From: Candidatus Binatia bacterium
Lineage (GTDB): Bacteria; Desulfobacterota; Binatia; UBA9968; CAXXLF01
Direction: 5' to 3'
Assembly: GCA_963664015.2 (NCBI GenBank)
Contig: CAXXLF010000001.1
Span: 1,056,001-1,120,000, forward strand
Length of the DNA stretch: 64,000 bases
Shown here in pieces: positions 20,492-30,192 of this stretch (positions within the stretch are counted from its first letter, which is position 1; every line of letters starts with the position of its first letter). The notes beneath the pieces were generated by a model. It was given only the letters and a program-made list of their open reading frames with translations. It had not been told where the DNA came from and searched no databases. A program made the position numbers and the translations under genes.

Positions 20492-20920
20492 CTATTTTTT
20501 ATCGAACCGGGCTTTGAGAGCGTCGGGAGTCGTGAATCGATGAGGCGGTGTATTGATTTCGAAATCAATTCCCGCCGGACTAGTCACTTTGTTTTGATTA
20601 CGGCCCATGGAGGTTTCGTCCACCTGAAATCCGTGAGCACGGAACCGTGCCGTCAATTCGTCAACTTCCGCATTTGTCGCCACATCAAATGCCAAGTGAT
20701 GTAAAATACATTCGTCCTGACCGTGCCCTGTAACGGGTCCATCCACTGCGAACAGAATAAACTCATGGTCTCGTAGTGGGTCAGCTGAAAAGAACGCTCC
20801 TCCATCGATCCTTCGGACCAGGGTGAGACCGACAAGGTTCTGCCAAAAATCGACCTCTTTCTCAAAGATTTCCTTCGGGACCTTGAATCCCACATGACTT
20901 AACCTTCCAAATGTCGCCAT
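20492..20920 (-). CDS. VOC/glyoxalase family protein (tandem paralog)
   Basis: Highly similar to 19831..20241; GGAGG RBS before ATG 20920. Confidence 0.85.
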   Translation of the reverse strand: MATFGRLSHVGFKVPKEIFEKEVDFWQNLVGLTLVRRIDGGAFFSADPLRDHEFILFAVDGPVTGHGQDECILHHLAFDVATNAEVDELTARFRAHGFQVDETSMGRNQNKVTSPAGIDFEINTPPHRFTTPDALKARFDKK

Positions 20921-21109
20921 GATACCTCCCTTGTCTGCCTCAAACACTCTCACGAAAAAGACAGGCCTTTTCTATCGTGTTGTAGCGAAGGTTGTCAATA
21001 GGGAAGGAAGTAGAACGCGGTTCAACGCCTGGGTGGATTGAAAAAGACGGCATCGAGATTATACTAAGCTTGCCTCCCCTCATCGGTCGTTCTCAAGCTC
21101 CTCTTTCTT

Positions 21110-22279
21110 TCAGTCAGTTGGATCGCTCATTCGTGCATCTTTCTCGAAATATTTACGCAGGTCAACGATTGAGCTGTCAGGCCTAAATAGCTGCTCTGGC
21201 GCCGAATAGTCCAAGTGTTCCACTATCCACTTGTCTTGTCCCTCGTTGAACCATTTGTGGAACACCCAACGATGCCAAAGCCAATATTGCAGTCGAAATG
21301 CCAGCGCTTTTAGTCCATGAAACCGTCCGGCCAACATCTGAAAGTTGCGAGTGTGTTTTGCATCGATAGGGACAGACCACCGGACATGGGTATAGTAAGT
21401 ATAGTGGTTCACGATAACGCATGGAAGGCGGAAGGCTTGAATCATAGGTTTGCCCTTAGGGCCGAAGTTTTTACGAGCTCTAGCCAGAGCTTTTCGTAAC
21501 CAAGTGTGACGCGGCCAGAGGCCGAAGCCCGGATAATTTGCCTCAAACCCGATAGGACCCCGCCGCCTCTGAACCAGATATTTACCTTGTACTTCACTTT
21601 CTACCTTCCCAGCCCAGGCCGGCGGGAGGTTAAACTGGGTTTGCCACCGGAAGCTGTACCTATGGACGTACGTGGCGTGGGACGCGTCGTACCCGTTTTC
21701 AACCGCAGCACGCCAATTACTCTTCCAGACGGAGGTGACGGACTCAAAAACGTATTCCGGTTGCAACACTTCTTCCGGAACATCTTCCTCGATTGCCGGC
21801 GGGTTGCCGTCTCCCATGTATACGTAGATGACTCGATTTCGCTCCTCCACCGGGTAGCTGCGGACCCCTTTTCCCTTCTTGCCCACAACCGTCGACTCAG
21901 GCCCGTCCGTTAGAGCCGCAATTAACTCGCCGTCGCGCAAGTTGTACGTCCACCCATGATACGGACACGTTATTATGCCTTCCGACCAGCACTTGCCTTC
22001 GGACAATGGCATGCCCCGGTGCGCACATCGATCAAAGAGCGCATAGGGCCGTTTGTTGACTCGCACAAATACCAGTTTCTCGCCAAGTAGCATGACAGAT
22101 TTTGGTTTCTTCCCAAGCTGCCTGGAAAGGAGCGCAGGATACCAATAGTGGCGGAACCCCAATTCGGCAGCTTCATAACGCGCTCCTTTTGTGCTTCGCA
22201 GCTGTTGGTCCTGCTTTGTCGCAGTATATTCTTCCTCCTTGGCGACTCCATCATGTAATTGACTCACTGCATTAGCCAT
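21110..22279 (-). CDS. Rieske non-heme iron oxygenase, CarAa/OxoO-like
   Basis: CAH..CPYH Rieske motif; NWRAAVENGYDASH..VH iron site. Confidence 0.88.
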   Translation of the reverse strand: MANAVSQLHDGVAKEEEYTATKQDQQLRSTKGARYEAAELGFRHYWYPALLSRQLGKKPKSVMLLGEKLVFVRVNKRPYALFDRCAHRGMPLSEGKCWSEGIITCPYHGWTYNLRDGELIAALTDGPESTVVGKKGKGVRSYPVEERNRVIYVYMGDGNPPAIEEDVPEEVLQPEYVFESVTSVWKSNWRAAVENGYDASHATYVHRYSFRWQTQFNLPPAWAGKVESEVQGKYLVQRRRGPIGFEANYPGFGLWPRHTWLRKALARARKNFGPKGKPMIQAFRLPCVIVNHYTYYTHVRWSVPIDAKHTRNFQMLAGRFHGLKALAFRLQYWLWHRWVFHKWFNEGQDKWIVEHLDYSAPEQLFRPDSSIVDLRKYFEKDARMSDPTD

Positions 22280-22526
22280 TATACGACCCCCCTTAGCGAC
22301 CTCGAAGATCACATCTTTAACCACACGCACTTGCCTTGCCTAGTCAGCTTAAGCCTTCCGTAATCCGATTACCCGGACCATGACGATCTCACTCCCTTGA
22401 AAACATTGCCCAATAGACGGCTGCAAATGACAGGGTGACAATGTTATCCCAGTAGTACCTAAATGACCCTTGTGTCAATCCGCTTATCCGAATCGAATTT
22501 CGCCGTATGTCTGACCCGGGTGACAC

Positions 22527-23489
22527 TCAGGCCAGATAACCGCGGTCGCGCCAAAACCGTTCGGCGGCAGGGTGAAACGGAATAACCAACGGGGTATCGG
22601 GTGTATTGCGGCACATGCGTTCCAGGGGAAGCGGGCCTTCGCCCTGCCAGGGGATCCGATCCCTGCGGGCCTCCAGGGCCCGGCAGAAAGCCGTGATGAA
22701 ATCGTCGGACATGTCCGCATGGGTGAATACGGCCCATCCGCTGAAGTCGAGGCTCACCACGTCGGCCGGTAATTTGGGGTAGTCCACATTGGGGATGACA
22801 CCGCGCCGGAAGCCCATCTCTTCCAGCCTGGCCAGGTGCGACCCACCAAGCGATAGTGGCCGAATGCCATAATCCAGCGCCTTGTAAACCCAGCGATTAA
22901 TCGCCTCGTCAAAGACGGCGTCGATTTCCCCCCGCTCTATGGCGCCCAGGCGCTCGGCGGACTGGGGAATGGTTGCGTCGTAACGGATCTCGCCGCCCCA
23001 GGATATTATGTCATCCAACGAAAAACCCGCGGCCTGAAGTACCTGCTTGATATAGAAGTGCGTGGAATGGCCATGCTGTTTTCTAAGCGATACGCGAAGC
23101 GGGACCCGCCGCTCGCGGATCTCTTCGAGCGACGTGAGACCCGTGCGCTCTGAGACGGCGAAGGCGATCTGATCTTCCGAGGGGATCACCGTGACGATTC
23201 TGAGGGGTAATGGCTCGTTATACGGTCCTGTCCCACGATAGGCCAGCGCCAGGGGATCCACCGGGTTCATGATTGCGACCTGGACCCTTCCCGACACCAC
23301 CTCGTCTATGACCTCCGGGTCATCGCTGGCAAAGAGGGTCAGGGGCCAGCCGGCGGCTCCCTGCCGCCGCAGGCTCACCGTAGCCTGCCGTTGCACCCAA
23401 TCCTCTCCCCCCACCAATTCCGACGCCACCTCAAGCATCAGCCGTGACCGCGTAGTGGCCGGCACGACGAATTGTCCATGATCGATCAT
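22527..23489 (-). CDS. TAXI-family solute-binding-fold protein, no signal peptide (paralog 3)
   Basis: RSRLMLEVASEL, LDFSGW and PFHPAAERFW shared with paralogs 1 and 2; AGGAG RBS. Confidence 0.75.
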   Translation of the reverse strand: MIDHGQFVVPATTRSRLMLEVASELVGGEDWVQRQATVSLRRQGAAGWPLTLFASDDPEVIDEVVSGRVQVAIMNPVDPLALAYRGTGPYNEPLPLRIVTVIPSEDQIAFAVSERTGLTSLEEIRERRVPLRVSLRKQHGHSTHFYIKQVLQAAGFSLDDIISWGGEIRYDATIPQSAERLGAIERGEIDAVFDEAINRWVYKALDYGIRPLSLGGSHLARLEEMGFRRGVIPNVDYPKLPADVVSLDFSGWAVFTHADMSDDFITAFCRALEARRDRIPWQGEGPLPLERMCRNTPDTPLVIPFHPAAERFWRDRGYLA

Positions 23490-23723
23490 CCCGTGACTCC
23501 TTAGCAACTCGACTTCTAAGCGTAGACCAAAGTCACCCAATACACCCCATACTCATAGACTGTCAATTGGGATGTGTCTTATTGGAAAAGAGGTACGGAT
23601 TCTCCCTGGATAGGGTCAACCAAAGGCTGGCAAACACGCAGGACCCGGAAACCAAACCGTAGTCAAGCTTTCAGTCCCCGCCGTATTGGCCCTATAATGG
23701 GAGTGAACCAGTTTGCGGTACGG

Positions 23724-24572
23724 TCAGTGACTGAGAAAATCGATCACCAGGCGGGCAAACTCCTCAGCTTTTTCGTAAGCTACGAAATGCCCGGTCCCGC
23801 CGCCCCAGATGTGCAATCGAACGTTAGGAATGAGAACCAAGGCACGAAACGCACCTTCAACGGGCACCATCCTATCCTGATAGCCCCAAACCACCAGCAC
23901 CTCCGCTTTGAGGTTCCGCACCAGTTGGCTCAGGTCGCTGTTTTTGGAGGCCGAAAATTCCCGCCGGGCCTCAATATGCCCAGGAGTTAGAGCGGCGCGA
24001 AACCGGGCCTCAATGATCTCTTCGGTGCAAAGCTCGTCTTTGGGGATAAACAGATGCATCATCTTTTCCATATTCTCTCGGATCGGATTTTGAGCAAATA
24101 CGGCCAGGGCCTTGAGCCCTTCGGACGGCGAAGAAGAGAACATGAGTTGCCCCCCTCGTTCGGGAGAGCTCGACTGCATCACTATTTTCCCAACCCGGTC
24201 CGGGTAGTCGATACCCAACCGCAGCCCCATGGGCCCACTTTGGGATGAGGTATACAGGTGCGCTTTATCGATACCTAACTGGTCCATCACACTGACCACT
24301 AACCTGGCCAAAAAGACATCCAAGGGTTCACCGTTGAGCTTCGCATCTTTAGCCGAACCCCCGAAACCAGGTAGATCCATGAGGATACACTGGAAGTGCT
24401 GCGACAGCAGCGGGAGGCAATACCGCGAGTTGCCCCACGCACTGGCTCCCGGTCCACCCCCGTGGAAGCAGATGAGGGCCGGCCCACTGCCCGCCTCGTT
24501 GTAATGGATCTTTATCCCTTGGACCGTTATCTCACGATCCGTTGCTTCCTTCGTTAATTCTTGTACAACCAT
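23724..24572 (-). CDS. Alpha/beta hydrolase, meta-cleavage-product (BphD/MhpC/CarC-like)
   Basis: FHGGGPGASAWGN, DLPGFG, WGYQD, GTGH; atypical nucleophile elbow TSSQSG. Confidence 0.85.
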   Translation of the reverse strand: MVVQELTKEATDREITVQGIKIHYNEAGSGPALICFHGGGPGASAWGNSRYCLPLLSQHFQCILMDLPGFGGSAKDAKLNGEPLDVFLARLVVSVMDQLGIDKAHLYTSSQSGPMGLRLGIDYPDRVGKIVMQSSSPERGGQLMFSSSPSEGLKALAVFAQNPIRENMEKMMHLFIPKDELCTEEIIEARFRAALTPGHIEARREFSASKNSDLSQLVRNLKAEVLVVWGYQDRMVPVEGAFRALVLIPNVRLHIWGGGTGHFVAYEKAEEFARLVIDFLSH

Positions 24573-24660
24573 GCCTTCCTCCTCGGTCAACGCGTGCGGA
24601 TGGTTACGGCACACATCCCTACCTTATCTTGAGCCCGCATTGGTGCCAAGAAGTTCCAAC

Positions 24661-25098
24661 TCATGACTGAGCGAGTTCCTCAAAGGACGGTTCCGGCAAA
24701 CCCTTCTCCCATGTGGGATCCCGAAGCTCGAGTCTGTTTCCACTGGGATCATAGAAGTAGAGTTCTCTTCCGGTAAAATATCCCTTGGCGCGGTAGACAA
24801 GCTCCACGACGGAGACTTTCTTTTCCTGAAAGACTTTACAAGCCTGCACCAGTGTTTCCGAACTCACCGTGAAGGAATGATGAACCAGATCATTTTTTTC
24901 GAGGGCCTTCCTACTGCGTTCCTTTTCGGCGCATAGCAGGATATTGTGATCCCCGACATTGAAGCACGCCATGCCCGAATCGCCTAACCGCCCCACAAGC
25001 TTGAGACCAAGCAGGTCGCCGTAAAACTCTATCGACTCTTCCAGATCGTTCACAGGAATGGACCAGTGAGTAACCCCTTCAATTTTCAACAATCCCAT
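24661..25098 (-). CDS. VOC family protein
   Basis: VTHWSIPV, VHHSF, YFYDPSGNRLE. Confidence 0.88.
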   Translation of the reverse strand: MGLLKIEGVTHWSIPVNDLEESIEFYGDLLGLKLVGRLGDSGMACFNVGDHNILLCAEKERSRKALEKNDLVHHSFTVSSETLVQACKVFQEKKVSVVELVYRAKGYFTGRELYFYDPSGNRLELRDPTWEKGLPEPSFEELAQS

Positions 25099-25881
25099 AG
25101 TAGCCTCCCTTAAAACTTTCAAACCTTTTTTCCCAATCTTTACCGGCGGCACCACTGTCACGGAATCAATCAGACACGCTCTTAGTAGATTAGCAGGGAC
25201 GAGTCAAGGCACACAAATGCGGAGAGGATCGGTTTAATTGTTGCGCCCCACACGAGGCTGCCGCTTCTAGAATAATTCGTCGCGCGCCTTAACACAATTC
25301 AGCCCATTCCGTGCTCTACTATTTTAACTTTTCAAAGAGAAATCGCTGCCCTGCCCGGCGGAAGGGTCGAGAGTCAAGGGCATAGGAGGTTGGCGAGTCC
25401 GCATCCACGGGTTCGCCCCGACACCCCTGACTGTTCGAGCTTTGGCTGGAACTCAAGAATACTGCTGAACGCTATCCAACACGCGTAATGGCCCCCGCGC
25501 CATGGTGAAGCCTGGGCAGTATTGCTGATGCAAACCGCAGGACAAGACGCCATTCGGGTAATCGAATCCGAAATACTGAGGGAGAATAATCTGGACATTA
25601 ATCCCGGGGCTTCTTAGCCACAACGACGAGATCGACTGTCGAGGTGAGATGATTTCTGAGCCAACAGCTTATCGACCGAACACGTAGGCTTGAGATTTGC
25701 TTTCAATCCTTGTTGGCAGAGCATTGCCATGTCAACAGCTACAGAGGTGCTTCTCCGGGTAAACGTAGCACCCAGGAGGAATGGTGCACATCAGCCCATT
25801 CCCACTGGGATCTGGACTGTTATCGACTCCTTATCAGGAGGTCCCTTGACACGGCCCATCCCCAGCGATAAAGGAGCGGGT

Positions 25882-26274
25882 ATGACATCCAACAAAAACT
25901 CACCCGTTATAAACATAATAAATGGAGCTTCCATCGGTGGAATATTATTGGTCTTAATGAGTGCATATTCGATATGGCATATATATAGGTCGGGTCTTTC
26001 AGATATTGCTGACCTTACATATCCAATTGTCGTGGTCGTTGCTGTGGCTGGTTTAGTCGTTGGTCTATTTTTAAGAAACAGAGCAGCCGCTACAATGTTG
26101 CTCCTCTATTACGTAGGGACTAATATTTACAACCTAAGTGCTGGATTTTTACAGCCTCATCAGCTTGCAATTCCAGTGATATTCGCCGTCTGGATTTTCA
26201 GTGGCGTGGCAGCAACATATCGTTATCACAATACGATGCCACAGAACGATCTCAGCAATAAAGAGGCGTCATGA
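25882..26274 (+). CDS. Hypothetical membrane protein (~4 TM)
   Basis: AAGGAG RBS, hydrophobic segments, AT-richer sequence; the last codons run into the duplicated segment. Confidence 0.7.
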   Translation: MTSNKNSPVINIINGASIGGILLVLMSAYSIWHIYRSGLSDIADLTYPIVVVVAVAGLVVGLFLRNRAAATMLLLYYVGTNIYNLSAGFLQPHQLAIPVIFAVWIFSGVAATYRYHNTMPQNDLSNKEAS

Positions 26275-26513
26275 TTTCCAACCAACCAAAAACCCGTGGA
26301 TGCCCCCTCCGGCCAGGGGCACCCCATATCCGTGAATTTGATATCTCACAGCTATACAGAGAGAACGCCCTGGAACGATAAGGTGCTTCGCAAATCAGAT
26401 TCGCGCGTCGAAGCGTAGGGCTGAGAAGATAGAGAGTATGCTGCCAGAGAGGGAGGAACGGAATAGGAAGTTAAAAGATCAGATTAAGGCTGTCGATCAG
26501 CTTCAGCATCAAA
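26230..26513 (+). repeat. ~285-bp direct repeat, copy 1 (contains frameshifted copy of 31655..31948)
   Basis: Aligns by eye with 31614..31898, with scattered substitutions and a 1-nt deletion (GAACGATAA vs GAACGGATAA). Confidence 0.92.
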
Positions 26514-26574
26514 GGTTAGCACGGCGGTGAGAGGATCCGCTACACCCTCTTGAACAGCGGTATCTGTCAGCGGC

Positions 26575-26840
26575 ATTTGGGGGCAACTCCATTTCCATGC
26601 TCCCCTGTTGCCCCCAAATCTGCCCCTATATGGGGGCATCTTTAGTTGGACGACATGGGATCATGCCGGACACTACATCAGGTATTTCGACGGTATTACA
26701 ATGGCTTGTTGGACTTTAGCGGACGCTACTGGATAGATAAATGGTGGAGGCGGGGGGAACTACATTACGCTCCTAACTCATTGATATAAATGATACTGCT
26801 GCCGTGAAATTACGTTGTTGCCCCCAAAGCTGCCCCCACA
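26575..26840. repeat. att site: 18-bp tmRNA 3'-end duplicate with arm-like repeats and IHF consensus
   Basis: TGGTGGAGGCGGGGGGAA 26742-26759 = 32102-32119; TGTTGCCCCCAAAnCTGCCCC at 26606 and 26816; inverted copy 26575-26587; TAACTCATTGATA 26774-26786. Confidence 0.85.
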
Positions 26841-27103
26841 GTGTCGCTCCTGGTCATAATTTTTGGCTCCTTGATCCGCTCTGAACTGCCCACATCCCTC
26901 GCCCGTTCGTCCTCAAGGACTCCCCAGGAAAGATCCCCCTAAATGCGTAGGACTCAATTAAAGCGTCGTTTAATTGCGTTCTGGGATGAAATTATGGTCT
27001 GCTAAGTCGGGTTGGCAAATTTAATTCTGAAAAAGCAATGAATCTTAAATGAAGCTGTTATTGCCCAGGTATATTTTGTTTCCAAATCCGATAGAACTTT
27101 TTC

Positions 27104-27682
27104 TTATATAAACTCTTTTCCGCCAGTTTGTCCAATCGCCCCATTTAATAAACGCGTCAGAGTCTGATTCTCATAAGTTATGCCTTTGATTATCTCTTTC
27201 CCTCGTGAAGAAAGCCGCCGATACCCCCAAACACAACGGCGTTTCGTTTCATCCCAGCCCTCGCGTTGGTAATACAGAGGCATATTGACATCAAAATAGG
27301 AAATACTATCAGCGTCCTTGAGCAGGTCGGAACGAGGGTCGCCGCCCACTTCATGAAGCGTTACAAGACGGCAAGCTTCTTCAGCAATGGGTTTGGCCAC
27401 TTGGCAATCATCCAAAATTTCCCGCAGAATCTTCGCCCCGTTTTGGGCATGCGCGGCTTTGAAGACATCATAATCGTCAAAATCGGAGCGGCGCGCCTTT
27501 CGCGCTTCCACTGCTCTGTCAATATCATGAGCGAGCGCGGCAATCTGCATGGCTGGATCAGCTGTGGGATCGAACTTAAAAAGCCATTCAAGCGTGTTAT
27601 CAGCATGGACAGGATCTTCTGGAACCTTGGAAGCGGCAATGACTTCCCGGATTTTCCGTTTGGCGCATTCGATCCTATCCAT
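27104..27682 (-). CDS. HD-domain protein (DUF4202-like), putative phosphohydrolase
   Basis: H..HD..H..HE..DAD pattern; ATG 27682 overlaps the upstream stop (ATGGATAG). Confidence 0.8.
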   Translation of the reverse strand: MDRIECAKRKIREVIAASKVPEDPVHADNTLEWLFKFDPTADPAMQIAALAHDIDRAVEARKARRSDFDDYDVFKAAHAQNGAKILREILDDCQVAKPIAEEACRLVTLHEVGGDPRSDLLKDADSISYFDVNMPLYYQREGWDETKRRCVWGYRRLSSRGKEIIKGITYENQTLTRLLNGAIGQTGGKEFI

Positions 27683-28997
27683 GATCTCGGCAGACGATGA
27701 GACGGCGTATGGTTTCAAGGTTCATCATCACGGCGATCACCAGTAGCGTCCAAAAAGGTAGATGGAGCACAGCGCCGAGAAATATGATGAAGACACGAAT
27801 GTCCCGGCCCAGTCGGAGCCCTTTGCCTTGGCGAATCTGGCGGCCCATCAGATGGTCGTATTTGTCCGCCGTGTAACTCAACAAAAAAGACCCAATGATC
27901 GCCAGGAAACCGACAAACAGGACAAGGCCTTCTGTCCTATCCGCGTAAGCGTGCCAGGTGAGGCCAAAAAGAAGGAATGCGTCAGAATAGCGGTCCAGTA
28001 CGGCATCCAACCATTTCCCGTAGTCGCTGCTTTGGAACTTGAGTCGTGCCACTTCGCCATCGCAGCCGTCGATCACCGAGGCGAATTGCGCGAGAACCCC
28101 ACCCAGGAAAAGAGCCAAATAACTGCCAAGGGAGAGCAGAACGGCAGCCAGTATTGAAAACAGGACAGAAAATAGAGATATCTGATTTGGGGTGATGGAA
28201 TAATTTACCAGTCGGCGGGAAATTCTTATGGACAAAGGCCGGTTTAAAAAACGGGCAATCGGACCGTCGTGGGTCTTCCCCCGTAGGTTGGCCAAAAGGG
28301 CGTTTTCCGCGCGTCGGAAAGCTTCCGGATCATCCACATCGATCCAGAACTGACCGTTTATGTCGACCGCATTGACCAGCCCATGGGTGGCCAGCTCCCG
28401 CACGGCTCCAGAAAGGGAAGTATCGCTGGTTTCTTCCGCACACCGTTCCAAGGTCGTGAAAATGGCGGGAGTGCATACGAAAAGACCGGTATCAAATCCA
28501 TTATATTCCTTTATGTTTTTACCGATATCCCGGATCTTCCCCCCTTCGGTCTTTACCCGAGTGACATCCTCCAAGTCGACCAGGGGGTTGCTCCTGTTTC
28601 CATCCACGCCGAGGGCAATTCCCCCATCGGCTAATGAAAACTCGATCAACTTTCGGACAATAGACGGATCAAAGAGGTGATCCGCCATCAGCAACAAAAA
28701 GGGTTCGTACAGGCAGTCCCGCGCCTTGAGTACCGAAAGGCCGTTTTCTTTTTCCCAATCCTCGTTAACGATGGTGGTGATGCCAATACCGAGACGTTCA
28801 GCCAAGCGATCGAGAAAAACGCGAACGCCCTCTCCCTGGTAACCGATGACAACAAAAAAGTCATCCGCTCCAGCCTCAATGGCACAGCGGATGATTCGTT
28901 CGATTAAAGGGATGCCAAAAAGTGGAATGAGGGGCTTGCTATCGCCCCTACTCCGAAGACGATGGCCTTTGCCTGCGGCAATAATTAGACACTTCAT
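27675..28997 (-). CDS. Bifunctional NTP transferase / CDP-alcohol phosphotransferase (IPCT/DIPPS-like)
   Basis: IIAAGKGHRL..KPL, MADH, WIDVDD; DGCDGEVAR..G..LD..LD motif in the TM domain. Confidence 0.9.
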   Translation of the reverse strand: MKCLIIAAGKGHRLRSRGDSKPLIPLFGIPLIERIIRCAIEAGADDFFVVIGYQGEGVRVFLDRLAERLGIGITTIVNEDWEKENGLSVLKARDCLYEPFLLLMADHLFDPSIVRKLIEFSLADGGIALGVDGNRSNPLVDLEDVTRVKTEGGKIRDIGKNIKEYNGFDTGLFVCTPAIFTTLERCAEETSDTSLSGAVRELATHGLVNAVDINGQFWIDVDDPEAFRRAENALLANLRGKTHDGPIARFLNRPLSIRISRRLVNYSITPNQISLFSVLFSILAAVLLSLGSYLALFLGGVLAQFASVIDGCDGEVARLKFQSSDYGKWLDAVLDRYSDAFLLFGLTWHAYADRTEGLVLFVGFLAIIGSFLLSYTADKYDHLMGRQIRQGKGLRLGRDIRVFIIFLGAVLHLPFWTLLVIAVMMNLETIRRLIVCRDHG

Positions 28998-29022
28998 ATA
29001 GGCTTCAACCTTGGTTTAGACT

Positions 29023-30192
29023 TTATGATACCAAATCTGGAGACGCCCCCAGCCCAAGTTCCTCCTTTATGCGCAGGACGCCCTTGACCTGAACAAGCTG
29101 GGTTCCTTGTATGAAACGCTCAACCATTTGAAATGCCTCATCATCAGCGACTTGGTGGAGGGGATGTTTACAGAAATAAGCTGAAGGGGCAAAAAGGACT
29201 CCGCCTTGTCCCCGGTTCAACGCCAGTTTTGTACAACGTATGGAGTCGATGACGACTCCGGCGGAATTAGGCGAATCCTCTACGGAAAGCCGAAGCTCGA
29301 TATTCATGGGTATATCGCCGAAGAGTTTACCTTCCATCCGAAGAAAACAGATTTTATTATCTTTTTGCCAAGGCACATAATCACTGGGGCCAATATGGAT
29401 ATTGTCGTCGGCCAGCCGCTTGGCGGTGACGGCCTGAACGGCTTCCGTTTTGGATTTTTTCTTCGAGGCCAGGCGATGTCGGTTGAGCATATTGAGAAAA
29501 TCGGTGTTACCGCCGGTATTGAGTTGGTAGGTCCGTTCCAGCTTGACACCACGCTTCTTAAACAAGTCGGTCAGTACGCGGTGGGTAATGGTCGCCCCAA
29601 CCTGTGACTTGATGTCATCACCGACAATGGGAACATTCTTTTCCTCAAAACGCTTGGCCCATACGGGGTCGCTGGCGATAAATACCGGTATATTGTTGAT
29701 AAATGCAACATTGGCTTCCAACGCGCAATCCACATAAAATCGGGTAGCTTCTTCTGAGCCTACCGGTAGATAATTGATGAGAATTTCCGCACCCGAATCT
29801 TTGAGAGCTTGGACGACTTCTTCTTTAGTAGGCTCCGGTTTGTCGGCAAGAACAAAAACGTTTTTATCATCATAATCGTTCATATGATCCGGAAAACCGT
29901 CCAGAACTTTACCCATCCTTACAAGGATTTCGGAGGGTGGAACGTCGGGATAGAAAACCGTAGTACAATTTGGTTTGGAAAAAATTGCTTGATGGACGTC
30001 GACCCCAACCTTTCGTTCATCGATATCAAAGGCTGCAACAACCTGGATATCCTCTGGTTTGTACCCCCCAATTTCATGATGCATCAGGCCGATTATATCT
30101 TGAGGATCTTTATCCCTGTAATAGTAGATTCCTTGAATCAGGGAACTGGAACAGTTTCCAACACCAATCAAGGCAATTTTTATTTTTTCCAT
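29023..30192 (-). CDS. ino1: myo-Inositol-1(3)-phosphate synthase
   Basis: GVGNCSSSL, GDDIKSQVGAT, QLNTGGNTDFLNM, EDSPNSAG. Confidence 0.95.
   Translation of the reverse strand: MEKIKIALIGVGNCSSSLIQGIYYYRDKDPQDIIGLMHHEIGGYKPEDIQVVAAFDIDERKVGVDVHQAIFSKPNCTTVFYPDVPPSEILVRMGKVLDGFPDHMNDYDDKNVFVLADKPEPTKEEVVQALKDSGAEILINYLPVGSEEATRFYVDCALEANVAFINNIPVFIASDPVWAKRFEEKNVPIVGDDIKSQVGATITHRVLTDLFKKRGVKLERTYQLNTGGNTDFLNMLNRHRLASKKKSKTEAVQAVTAKRLADDNIHIGPSDYVPWQKDNKICFLRMEGKLFGDIPMNIELRLSVEDSPNSAGVVIDSIRCTKLALNRGQGGVLFAPSAYFCKHPLHQVADDEAFQMVERFIQGTQLVQVKGVLRIKEELGLGASPDLVS

Noticed and set aside
25215-25375. GCGGAGAGGAT and GGCGGAAGGG resembling tRNA 3'-end att remnants
   Set aside because: The matches are too short, with no T-arm or CCA and no cognate tRNA in the window.
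26575-26840. CRISPR array from the TGCCCCCAAA repeats
   Set aside because: Short, irregularly spaced, mixed orientation, no cas genes; better explained as integrase arm sites.
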